This document shows, piece after piece, positions 1 through 22,521 of a stretch of DNA of 64,000 nucleotides. Source of the stretch: Macrostomum lignano. Lineage: Eukaryota. Under the pieces are notes generated by a model. That model saw only the letters and a program-made list of their open reading frames with translations, did no database searches and was not told the DNA's origin. Made by a program: the position numbers and the translations under genes. The stretch is taken from positions 124,001 to 188,000 of the forward strand of contig NIVC01000109.1 in NCBI GenBank assembly GCA_002269645.1. The letters are read 5' to 3'. Position 1 is the stretch's first letter; each line of letters begins with the position of its first letter.

Positions 1-155
1 TCGGGATATGGAAGGTCAAGTCAGGATTATGGAAGGGCGAGTCGGGGATATGGAAGGGCAAGTCAGGATTATGGAAGGGCGAGTCGGGATATGGAAGGGC
101 GAGTCGGGGATATGAAAGGGCGAGTCGGGGATATGGAAGGGCGAGTCGGGGACAT
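1..155. repeat. 21-bp minisatellite (GGATATGGAAGGGCGAGTCGG), runs off the window edge
   Basis: About 7 visible units. Confidence 0.9.
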
Positions 156-180
156 GGTAGGGCGAGACTGACATCGAAGA

Positions 181-3100
181 GACTATCGGTGTCATTATGC
201 AGCCATAGTGAAGAACGACTTCGCCATCAGGAAATCCAAGGTCATCACACCTCACCTAACAATGCTGCAGGCGTTGGCGTCAACATAACAGCCAAGGAGA
301 TTTCTGACGCATGGCAATCTTCCGCATTCAGACAAGGCTGCTTCCGTGACTCATCAGCCAGACCATGGCAATGGGACTATTTTCACTCCAGCAACACTCC
401 AGATGCTTCTGGCTACCAGTGGCTGCTTGTGAAACTTGCTCGATGTGTTTCAGTGCGCTCTGTGATTGTCCACCGAAGGAATGTCGGTGAGTTGTCAATT
501 TCAAGTAGCTGTTTAAACTAAATATTCAAATGAACAGCCATTTTTAGATTAACCATGCTTGAATCAATAGCTATGGTTTCAGACAAAGTCAGGGCCCAGG
601 GCATCGAGGTTCTGCTCGGCCACCAGATGCCGGCAGGTCTGACTGAGAGTCCACTTGACTGCATCGCGAGTTTCAACCACAGTCTGACCGAATTTTACCT
701 GTGCGGAGTCACTGGAAACTTTGGCAACTCGAACTTTTCATACAAAATGACCTGCGCAACTCGGAATTATTCCAAGGTTTGGCACCCGCTTACTGGATCC
801 ATTCGAGATTCGAACTCGCTATCCTCACTTTTGAATCCCATTGCAGCTGCCGAGGTTCGTGTTGCTGAGGAAATTCGTTGCCAATGCAGCCGACAAGTAC
901 ATGAACTTCGTGATGGTGGAACTTGAGGAAGATGAACAAGATGAAGCACAGGAGTCTGGCTGCTTTAGAGAATACTTTTGCAAGCCAGAAGGCAGAAAAA
1001 GATGCTCTGTTGAACAATTGTCAAAACTGACGCAAAGTGACAAGGTGATGGTTAAAGAGTCGCTGCCATGCAAGACAGAGAAGCCTGACTCAGTGAACTG
1101 CAGCATCAGAACCCGTAGCGGTGACGTCATTCCCTTGAGAATCGTAAGGACTGAATCGAAATCAAATTGCAGTGTAAGATGTAAAACAGTATTACATTAA
1201 AGTTTCCCTTCAATCTTACAGAAGACTTATAGACCCAGCTTCCTGATTCTGAACGACACTACCGTAACTTGGGAACTGCACGGTGCGTCACTGCAGTGCC
1301 GGCACAGCTGCACTGATGGCACTCTGGCGGTGACTTCACAGACGTTGGGACTCCGCGGTTGGAAGTCGATCAGTGAGTTCTGAATGTGGGGCGTTGACTC
1401 TATTCTGGGAACTTTTTGGGGAAGTAGCGAGCTGTTTGTGTTCTGGGGATTATTGGGGAAGTAGCGAGCTGTTTGTGTTCTGGGAAAATTTTGGGGAAGT
1501 AGCGAGCTGTTTGGGTTCTGGGGAATTATTTTGGGGAAGTAGCGAGCTGTTTGTGTTCTGTGGAATCTTTTAGGGAAGTAGCGAGCTGTTTGTGTTCTGG
1601 GGAATTTTTGGGCAAGTAGCGAGCTGTTTGTGTTCTGGAAAATTTTGGGGAAGTATCAAGCTCATTGGCCCCTGTGTTGCGCATAAACTCGGAAAATTTC
1701 AGAAATCCCATCGTCCATTCAGCTGAACCTTGGCTTCACTAAGTACTGGGTGGTCAACAGTACTGCAGTTTTCACATTCATCACTCAAGGCTCGTTTCCA
1801 ATGCCTGTGCACAAGTGTTCGGTGGCAATTTCTGTATCGAGTTCAAATGATTCGATTAAACAACTGAACCTGACATCTGAAGTGAGAATAAAACTTTCAA
1901 GAACACTTTTAGGCAAAATTTTCATTATCTGAATGGAAGAAATCTTTGACATTTTGAATTTTAGAAACTCACCACAAGGAGCAGAAATGCGAGCTTTGAC
2001 CTCATCTCGTACTTCAGCGTTCCAGTATTTCCGAGCTATCAGAAAGAAACATTATATTGCAGCATCGAGTGCAACAATAAGACCATAACAACAGTGTCAG
2101 CTGAGATACCTGAGATAAAAGGTGAGTCAGCTCTCACTACTGATTCACACAGCAGCAATTCTCATCCCACCAACGTCTCGAACCCTTCCAGAGCCCTGCA
2201 GGACTCGGTTTCTGCTTCCACCAGACTCCAGCTGGACAGACGGAGCGACTGTCAATCTGACAGCCGACTCATCTCAAGGGAACTGGGCGACAACCAGTCA
2301 TAGCTGCTTTCTGCAGTCGGAGGGAGTCCCGAACTCGACACTGCGGATTGTCTCTGTGAGTATTTTACAGTTTTATGGCTGAGTTGCGAAACCCGCAGAA
2401 AACAGCATGAGCTGAACTCATTCCAGAGCACAAACTCGAGCAGCACATTCTCAGTAACTGTGAGCAGACGGTGGGGCAGCAGCGCATCCGTTGCGTGTCT
2501 GGTGAATCAGTCGGGACTGATCGAGACCTGGGCCCGGCATCCGCTGCCAGCTGCTCTGTGTGAGTCACTTGGTGGACATTTGCTTGCGGCAGTAAAATAT
2601 GAGCTACGACGTATGACCAAGGACTGCTGAACAACTCCTGTTTACTAGTCCTTGCGTATGACCTGAATTAAAAGTGAAACTATAACATCGGAATCTTCAG
2701 GGTTGCTTTTAGAAAACTAAAATGCTCATCTCGTGAGGCTTGGTGGTGATGCCCAAAAAAGATCATTTTAACTGGCTAAACTCTATCATTTTTTGCTGTA
2801 GTTTTTATATTTGATAGGTAAACCCATACATGTATATGACAGTCAAGAAGCAGCAGGTGGCAAAGTGGCATTGCGATGCGTGTCGAACCTCAATAATTAA
2901 TGCACTTTAGGCAACAGCTGATCGAACCACGAATCGCTGATTCAAGCAAAGCAAAACTTGATTTAAAAATGATCACATGAAAAAGCTAAGCAGCAGACCC
3001 GCTCACACGCTCACCCATCACCACAAGACAGAAAGTTTGAAACAAATTAGATGCTGTAAACCGCCTTAAACTACACTATTAAAAATTAGCATGATTTATT

Positions 3101-6100
3101 TTAATTTTAAAGTTTAAAATTTAATTTATGTACATCCATAGTGATATTTGTGAAGTAAAAGCTAGAGGTGCAGGACGCAATGAGGTGGAGTGCTAATTAC
3201 TACGGTGGTATGCTGCAGTAGACAGTAAAGAGTTGCTACAAGTATGAGTAAGAGGCCACGGAGCTGACCTGCTAATTACTCATGATTATGAGTGTAAGGT
3301 ACGCCTAAGAGTGTAGTCTCCTATCTCTGCAAGACAACGATGCATAGCCATACTGGACGCAACATATGATAGCAATCTGCAGCCTTACTGTATATGCAAC
3401 TTAAATTACCGCAGACCCCGTGCGGAGCGCCTCCATCAGGCTGGCCTCACCGCAGATCCGAGCGAATTCCTCAGCTCAAATTCTGCTGCTCGCCTCTGAC
3501 TGCGGCAATCCTCCGGCTCTGCACAGCTGCTCTGCTTCTGGAAGGAATCTCAATCTTTTAAAGGTAGGGAAAACCATTTAACAGTGCTGTGCCTTTCTTA
3601 TTTTCGCTCTCAGCATTCAAAACGGGTTTCAGCCTTCGACATGTCTGAATGCGTCATCACTCTGGACGTGGAACTTCCCGGCCGAAGACTCTGGACAGAA
3701 AGTCTACTGTGAAATCGTTCAAACTGCCAAAGATGGTTCGACTTTATTCAATCAGACTTTTAGCAGCGACAGAATGAAACTTTTTCGTAAGTTTTCTTGA
3801 TTCTGATAAAATACGAGCCTACTTGTATGTTAAATCTATGGTTAATGTAAGTATTATTTCTAAGCCTGCGTTATCTATGAGTATCATACATAGTATAAGC
3901 CTTTCGCAAATTTTTCTTTTGTAATTTGAGAGGAGGTTATACCCTAGTGGTTAGAACGTCGGACTTACGACTGAAAGGTCGGGGGTTCGATTCTCTACCG
4001 ACTAGGAACAATTTGTGTCCTTGTGCAAACTCTGCATTGCTTCAGTTCATCCAGCTGGGGTAACTGAGGGTGTGTTTGGCGACCCGCCCCCCTCCCCCCA
4101 GTCCTTGGACTGAACAGCCGTACGCAGCCTTCAGATGCGCCGCGCAATAGCTGCAGCTGAGCTGTCGGTTGCACATATTATTATTATATTGCATTATTAT
4201 TAGTAATTTAAACTACTCGCGTAATTGACATTGGTAATCGATTACTGATAAGTGATTGATCCGGATTTGACCCTCTTTCATCAGCCTTATAACAAAGAAA
4301 ATTTCTACAGAAATATTGGCCGCAAAAATTACCAATCGATGACATTAAGCATAAAATTCTGAGACCTTCATTCCAATTTTCAGTCTTAGCCAACAACTCA
4401 CTGACGTTCAGTCCCAGCGCATTCATTACTGAAGGCGACAATTTAACCATCACAGCGGTGTCAGTTGGTGGCAGACCACCCGTGAGAAATGTCACCTGCT
4501 GGGCTGGAGGGACCCTGCTTCAGGTTTGCTTTTAACCAGCTATTATGAAAAGTATGTTTTGGTTTACTGTAACCTCATTATTCACGAAAACTTCTCCAAT
4601 GGTAGGAAACTGCACCATCTAATGCGTCTCTAGCACCGGACCGGTTTGAAAAGCAATTCATGCTGAATGCGATAACACGCAAGTACAATAGAAGGACTCT
4701 CAGCTGTGCATTTGAGCAGGATGACAAGTTGGCGCAGTGGATAAACAAGACTCTTGATGTGTTCTGTAAGTTGCACATTTATCTTAAGTTTTTAGCCTAC
4801 GTTATAATAAGCTGTTAAAAAATTTTTAACCCTCGCAGATGCGATCCGAAACGCATCGATCAGACTATCCTCAGCTCGAATTCTGAGCGGATCTGCTGTG
4901 AGTTTCGCCCTGCAGACATCGGATTCGGGAAATCCACCAGGTCGACACTTTTGTCACCTGGCTGAGAGGACGCTTCAACAAGCGGTACGTCGAAATTGTA
5001 ACAGAATGATCGGAGCAGATAATCGTAAAAGTAATGCAATAAATCAAAACTTTTAGATCCCAGCTTCCAACAACAACTCATCGACTTGGAGATTCACACC
5101 TGCTGCCAGTGACAATGGAATGCGGATCAAATGTCAAATTGTCCAAATCGCTCCGAACGGTTTCACTGTTTTTAATTTACTACTAAGCAGTGAGACGCTC
5201 AATGTGCTGTGTGAGTTTTAAAGGTTCTTTCCGAATTTCTATTGAGTTTAACTATTAAACGGGACATGTCTATAGTACTTTAGGGCTGTACACAGTATAA
5301 AGTCAAATGGGGTTGTAGCCTAGTGGTTGGAGCGTCGGACTCACGACTGTAAGGTCGGGGGTTCGATTCCCGTTCCACTCGGAGCAATTTGTGTCCTGAG
5401 CAAGACACTTAACTCTGCATTGCTTCAGTTCTCCCATCTGTAAAATGGGTGCCGGCATTAGCTGGGGTAATTGAGGGTGTGTGTGGCGGACCCCCCCCCC
5501 CCCAGTCCTTGGACTGAACAGCCGTACGCAGCCTTCAGATGCGCCGCGCAATAGCTGCGGTTGAGCTGTCGGTTGCACATCTGCCAATTAAGGCTGCTCA
5601 TTTCTTTCAGATGAAGCAAAAACTCAATGGACTGCTACTCGGCTGCAACTACTGAGAGAGGGTGAGCACCTCTCAGTCTCCGTGAAGTCCCTGGGTGGCA
5701 ACCCGAAGCCCAGTCACCGGTGCTGGCGGCAGACAGGCGATGGTCCCGTAGTGAGCTTGCACAATCGTGTAAAGCAAGTCAAAGAGGCGAACCAGCTCGA
5801 GACCAGCTTCGGCATGAAGGTTGAAAAGTGGATGAACGGCGGCCATGTAGTCTGCAGAGTCAAGCAAGATGGACTGCAAGACCGAGTCTTCCGGAAGAAT
5901 ATTTCTGTGATCTGTGAGCACTCTTCACTTGAATATAAGTTGATCTACAAGTATCTAATGCCATTAGACTTCTAAGCACTACCGACTCAAACGTCTGATC
6001 CTCCCGCAGTCCCATCGAACTGGATCAGCTGGTCAGGCCAGTTGGTGAACGGGTCCGACCTCAACCTGACTGTGGAAACGGGTGAAGGAAACCCAAAACC

Positions 6101-6791
6101 GGTTCTGAAGTGCACCCTGAGCTCCGGTCGTTCAGACAACGAAAGACTTACGGTTTGAACTCAGATTTTTTTATTAATACTCCACGTGGCCCAACGATTC
6201 TAATGCTCTTTACTTCTATTCATTTTGACTGACAGGTAATTCCTGAGCCCTATCGCACAGGCAGCAACCAGGGCTGGATTCGGAGAGTGCGACTCATTCA
6301 TCGGTTTTCCGAGCGGCAAACTGAGGTTGAGGTCACTTGCAAGCTCAGCCAGCCTTACTCAGATGCTGTCAACCTATTCCCAGCTCTAACGAGCAAAAGA
6401 ACATTTCAGGATGTTTTCGGTAAGTGTCTGGGTCGGTTTGAGATTGATCCGATTGGAAGCCTCAAAATACAATTTCTACTTTCAGCAAAAGCAGCAGTAT
6501 ATAGATGGTCATTAACTGTCACGCCGGGTTCGACAGTTGCTGTAATCTGCTGCTCACTAGCCGTAGTTGCTGTGGCAATTGTCTTTGGTGTGCTCAAGAG
6601 GACTCGAGCTGCCGCCAGGGGTCGAAGAGGAGGTGTCGAGCTGCAGGCCGCTGGGAAACCGAACGACCCTAGCGTGAGTTGAACAGCTTCTTTGTAACTT
6701 CAATACTTCATTCACGGAATTTCGCCAATGTTAAAAGTACATCCAGCAAATGTTTTTCTTACAGACTGTGTACTACGAAGCGGACAACTGA
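181..6791 (+). CDS. Multi-exon type I membrane receptor: F-type lectin (FTP/F5-8C)-like domain + ~8 Ig-like (C2-type) domains + TM + short Tyr-containing tail; 5' end probably upstream of the window
   Basis: Phase-consistent exons (approx.): 271-486, 583-776, 847-1143, 1222-1372, 1703-1881, 1965-2121, ~2190-2360, ~2399-2560, 3415-3563, 3633-3786, ~4385-4523, ~4606-4766, 4840-4984, 5058-5211, 5611-5915, 6010-6150, 6237-6419, 6486-6674, 6765-6791. FTP-like motifs: AWQSS..FHS..QWLLVKL..V.SV.V.RR and PRFVLL..YMNFVMVEL. Ig-like half-domains recur with G(G/N)P.P...C and D.G....C.(I/V).Q. TM segment TVAVICCSLAVVAVAIVFGVLKR; tail ends TVYYEADN*. Confidence 0.85.
1403..1655. repeat. ~37-38-bp intronic minisatellite (GGGGAAGTAGCGAGCTGTTTGTGTTCTGG..)
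   Basis: About 7 units. Confidence 0.9.
3932..4176 (+). mobile_element. tRNA-derived SINE, copy 1 (internally deleted)
   Basis: A box TAGTGGTTAG, B box GGTTCGATTC; 3' body near-identical to copies at 5309 and 19680; followed by an (ATT)n-like tail. Confidence 0.85.
5309..5583 (+). mobile_element. tRNA-derived SINE with CORE/MIR-like central domain, copy 2
   Basis: A and B boxes, then TGTGTCCTGAGCAAGACACTTAAC..TTCAGTTCTCCCATCTGTAAAATGGG, then the shared 3' tail CAGTCCTTGGACTGAACAGCC..GGTTGCACAT. Confidence 0.88.
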
Positions 6792-6977
6792 ACGGCTTAA
6801 AAAACTGGCTTCTGTGTCTGAACTCTGACAATTAAACTGAAGTTTTCTGTTTTAGCATGTTAATATTTATAATTTATTTTATTCTTGTGATTTCAGAATT
6901 GTTTTTGTTTAATCAGAATCTGAATGTTTAGCATGCAAAAACATAAAATCACGTAAATCATTAAAATATGATTAACC

Positions 6978-7508
6978 AGAGGTTGGCTAACTCCGGCTCG
7001 TCAAGCCTTTCCATCCGGCCCTCGGGTCCTTAAAAACTTCACTATAGCAATCCGGCCCGCATACGGTTTGTGTCTCTTCTCAGCTCTGTTCTCTCTTCTC
7101 TCCTCTCCCTTCTCTCCTCTCCCTTCTCTCCTCTCCCTTCTCTCCTCTCCCTTCTCTCCTCTCCCTTCTCTCCTCTCCCTTCTCTCCTCTCCCTTCTCTC
7201 CTCTCCCTTCTCTCCTCTCCCTTCTCTCCTCTCCCTTCTCTCCTCTCCCTTCTCTCCTCTCCCTTCTCTCCTCTCCCTTCTCTCCTCTCCCTTCTCTCCT
7301 CTCCCTTCTCTCCTCTCCCTTCTCTCCTCTCCCTTCTCTCCTCTCCCTTCTCTCCTCTCCCTTCTCTCCTCTCCCTTCTCTCCTCTCCCTTCTCTCCTCT
7401 CCCTTCTCTCCTCTCCCTTCTCTCCTCTCTCTTCTCTCCTCTCCCTTCTCGCCTCTCCCTTCTCTCCTCTCCTTTGGCATTTGAGGTAAAAGGTTTGTCA
7501 ACTGCTAA
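6978..7508. mobile_element. Same hAT-like MITE family, with a homogeneous 14-bp (CTCTCCTCTCCCTT)n interior at 7088-7472
   Basis: Shares AACTCCGGC..ATCCGGCCC..CTTCAC(T/A)ATAGCAATCC with the 8565 element; TIRs degenerate. Confidence 0.6.
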
Positions 7509-8564
7509 TGCAAATCATTAAACCAATTAATTAAAACATTACTATTCAGAGTTACTGTGTTGTAGCAACTCTCTATTTATTATGAACTGATTAAATATAA
7601 GCGGAGCTATTAAAAAGTGTTGGATCCTTGCGAATCCTATATGCTTTTTGATTGGTAAACTACAAATATAATATAATTAAAAATGTACGCAAAATCAACA
7701 ATTTAATTATTATTTGGAGTATAAATTTGTAAATTCCAATACACGTCGAAGGCAGCTAAAGATAAGTTAGCAGATCTATTTATAAACCAAAGCAGTTTCT
7801 ATTTAACCACAGAGTTTCCAACCACAGCTCTCAATTTTAACATTTGTATTTCCAACTAACAACTATACACTGGTGTACACTGGTGAGAAAGTTTTTGTTT
7901 ATAAAAATTGGGTCTTCCGTTAGATGAATATTGCGAAGTTCTGCTGTTTCCTGCCAAATCAGTCCTGATCTGCATCAAAATATGGCAACTGAATGTATTT
8001 GAATAGTCAGCATAATCTAATTATGGTAATTTAATCACAAGTTCGGTTTTATAAACGCTTCTAAGCTTTCGAATGACTACATAAATTTCAAAATAGATTT
8101 ATATCCTCAAGTTTATTAATAATAAAGTTAGCAAACATATCGTTCAATGACGACAAGGAACTATCTAACAGACCTTTTTTAATTTTTATAAATCAAAATT
8201 TTCCATCTTTTCAAAGTCTTGCTATCTGCATTTTAATTTGAGAATTCGAATATTTGTTTATCGTCTCAAAGTTCTGTCGACAGTCTAGCAAATTTTTTTT
8301 CAATAATTTCAAAAACTCGCTAAACACGCTGCTAAAAGTAGCCAATTTAGCCTATGTTCTTCAAACATCCATTGTAAAGCAGGTACAGCTTACTAAATGT
8401 TGCTTCAATGTAGTCGAATACTTTCGGACGAACTCCAAGTACTTTTTTATGTACTTTGACGAGTCTGGATAGATTTTAACTCGAAACAGGAATTCAGTTA
8501 ATTAAATATGGCATAAAAGACACAAAGCCAGAAATATCTTCGACTCGGAGCGATCCGTAAAAAT

Positions 8565-9124
8565 CAGGGGTCTGCAAACTCCGGCCCGAGGGCAAAGTTT
8601 CTCGATCCGGCCCCCGGACTTCACAATAGCAATCCTCTTTCTCTCTCTTCTCATCTCTCTTTCTCTTCTCCCTTCTCTTCTCTCCTCTCTCTTCTGAGCT
8701 CTCTTTCTCTTTCCCTGCTCTTCTCTCCCCTCTCTTCTCAGCTCTCTTTCTCTTCTCCCTTCTCTTCTCTGCTCTCTCTACTCTGCTCTCTCTTCTCTCC
8801 CCTCTCTTCTCACCTCTCTACTCTCTCCTCTCTCCTCCCCTCTATTCTCTCCTCTCTCTTCTGTCCTCTCCTTCTCACCTCTCTTCTCTCCTCGCTCCTC
8901 TCCCCTTCTCTTATCTCCTCTCTATTCTCCTATTCTCTTCTCTCTCTTCAATCTTTTCTCCTCTTATCCTCTATCGTATCTCTTCTCTCAACCCATCTCT
9001 CGCCTTTCCTCTCCCCTCTCATTTTTAATTTTGTATTCTCTCCCCTTTCCTCTCTCATCTGGCCCGAAGCCATGAGCTGGATTTCTTATCTGGTTCTTGA
9101 AGCAAAAACGTTTGCGGACCTCTG
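8565..9124. mobile_element. hAT-like MITE with CT-rich interior
   Basis: TIRs CAGGGGTCTGCAAAC and GTTTGCGGACCTCTG (13/15 match); subterminal CCGGCCC motifs; no clean 8-bp TSD. Confidence 0.7.
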
Positions 9125-9387
9125 ATATAGGTGGTACATGAATAAATAAAGTAGGAAAGTAATACGAGTAAATACTGAAGTAGACATGAGTAAAAGTGTT
9201 TGAGGCGGTTTAAAAATGAAGAGAATTTAGCCTGGATAACAAAGCTTCAGTTTAAGTTTGCAAGCCTCTTAAAAAAGTGTTATTAAATATTCAGAATATG
9301 CGATATATTGCAAGCGTTTTCCTCGAGAAGGCATCAACAATGTCCAGTTTCATTTTAAGCTTCATGAAGTCTCGAATCAATTTCGTG

Positions 9388-20590
<11,203 letters not shown>

Positions 20591-22521
20591 TGGTTGAGGG
20601 TAACTGTATAGACTGGTTGGTTAAGTTCCAAGGAACGAGCAGCCTCCTTGAGAGGAATAAGAGGATCCTTAGAGAATTATTGTATTTGAAGAAACCGCGA
20701 TTCATCTTTCCAAATGCTCCAGGCAAAAGGGATGTAACAAGAGCGGCCGTAGCCCAGCTCTGATGTGCCAGCGGCCCAGGCTCGATTCCAAGTGCAGTCA
20801 CATTAATTTGGGGCTAAATTGGAATCTCGGCTTGGCTCTGCTAGTGCAATTAACGCATAACGAAGTGTGCATGCCTAACCATAAATAAAGTTAGGGCCGC
20901 TGTACACTCCTGTGTATGTGTGTGCCTGTGCGTATGACTGCGTACGCATTCGCGCGCTTGTGTGCCTGCTCAGGGGAGTCGGCGGAATGGGTAGTGATTC
21001 CTTTCGCCGGTTGTGCGACAATGTCGCTTAAAGTGCACCAGGGTGCACACGGACCCATTGTCTCTAACTAAAACAAAATAGGGATGAGACATGTATCAAA
21101 TGTAGTTTAACAGGAATGGAATGGCAGCAGGCTTGTTGGTAACTTTGACGACATCTTCCCACAGCCAACGCGCACTGAGGCAATTCTGCCCATTGCGCAC
21201 TGAGACAGAATGAGCTGTATTCATTTATATTTATCGTTGGCTTTTTTCTAAAACCAAAGTCCAAAACGTGTTGGCTTGCTGGCCCTTGTGAATCGAACCC
21301 CGGCCTGGGCTTCACTACAAGGTTTATTAATGCAACAGACTACAGGTACTCACCGATATCGACGTTGTACATTAATAATGTACAAACAATGTACCATTTT
21401 TGTTTGAATGAGTAGGCCATCAAGATTCCTCAAGAGTCTCCAAAAGTTTCCATAGGTGATGAAGCAGCCCCTTCCCGCGGTCTGCGGTGAATGGATCAGT
21501 TATTACTGACTCGAAAAACTTGCTATTTAAGGTCTAAAATGTTTACCACGTGTAAACACGGATTGTAAAGTTATAATAATTCACGTGTGTTTAGGAACGT
21601 AGAGTACATATCGATGACAGCCATCATGAATTCCTGTTGAATTGAAGTGGACGGACAGAGATGAAAATATTTTCAATTTGAGCTATATTTAAATTGACTA
21701 TGCCAGCTCTACAATAGGACTAGCCGTAAAGTGCTGAGCGGTTTCCTAGGCACGTTGATATTGTTGCCGTCTTTGTATATCTGACCTACGAGCTATAAAC
21801 ATTTATTTATGATTGAAAATTTAATTTTAGGAAAAGTTCTTGCAAACCAATGCAGATAAATTGTATCCAATTGTATCATGCTATAATCATGATAATAATA
21901 ATTGTTTTATTGCCGGAAAAAAACAACATAGCACCAAAACAGAGCTCAATAAAATAGAGTTTTACAATGAGGAATCGGAGTTAACAAAAATATTGAACTA
22001 ATTAATCAATTAGTGATTAAGAGAGGTCAGTGACAGATGAAACTACAACTGAACTAACAATATAATACTGAATAAAGGTAGAAGTTAACACAGCTAAAAT
22101 GTAAATTGGCTAAAACATCACACGATAGATCACATACTGAAGAATTTAAGGAATCACTTGTGAAGCTCGGGTTCTGTCAACTTGATTAAAAGAACACAAT
22201 GCACTGAATAGAATTAGAAATGAAAGAGTAACTCAGCAGGAAGTACAGAAATCTCAGGGTAAACAAAATAGCACCTAAGTTACACATGATAACACATCAA
22301 ATTTGTGCCAACAAATCTCAACGTATCGTCTAATAAGTACAATCAAAGATTGTAACCGCTTCTACTGGCAAAACTGCATCAGAATGTCAAAATCTGTGCT
22401 AAACCAACAAGACAAAATTTCAATAAGCACATAAATGTATTACGTTATCAACCCTACTTTGGAACTTTTCATTACCTGTAAAAAACATCATTCTGGCCCA
22501 TTTAAAAACACCCAAGGGAGC

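Noticed and set aside
5309-5385. tRNA-Val-like gene (also at 3932, 19870 and 20060)
   Set aside because: The acceptor and anticodon stems do not pair properly, there is no Pol III terminator after the head, and each continues into a shared SINE body.
8300-8500. Minus-strand fragments FRVKIYPD.. and ..LYLLYNGCL reminiscent of a TnpB/Fanzor N-terminus
   Set aside because: The pieces are in different frames among many stops, no RuvC or zinc-finger motifs follow, and the DNA is AT-rich; resemblance is probably chance. A tblastn/HMM search would settle it.
20690-21400. Candidate N-terminal exons and C-type-lectin-like snippets (GRSCY..W, C..ARWLWED) for the minus receptor
   Set aside because: No phase-consistent chain or signal peptide could be built, and part of the region overlaps tRNA/SINE-like remnants.
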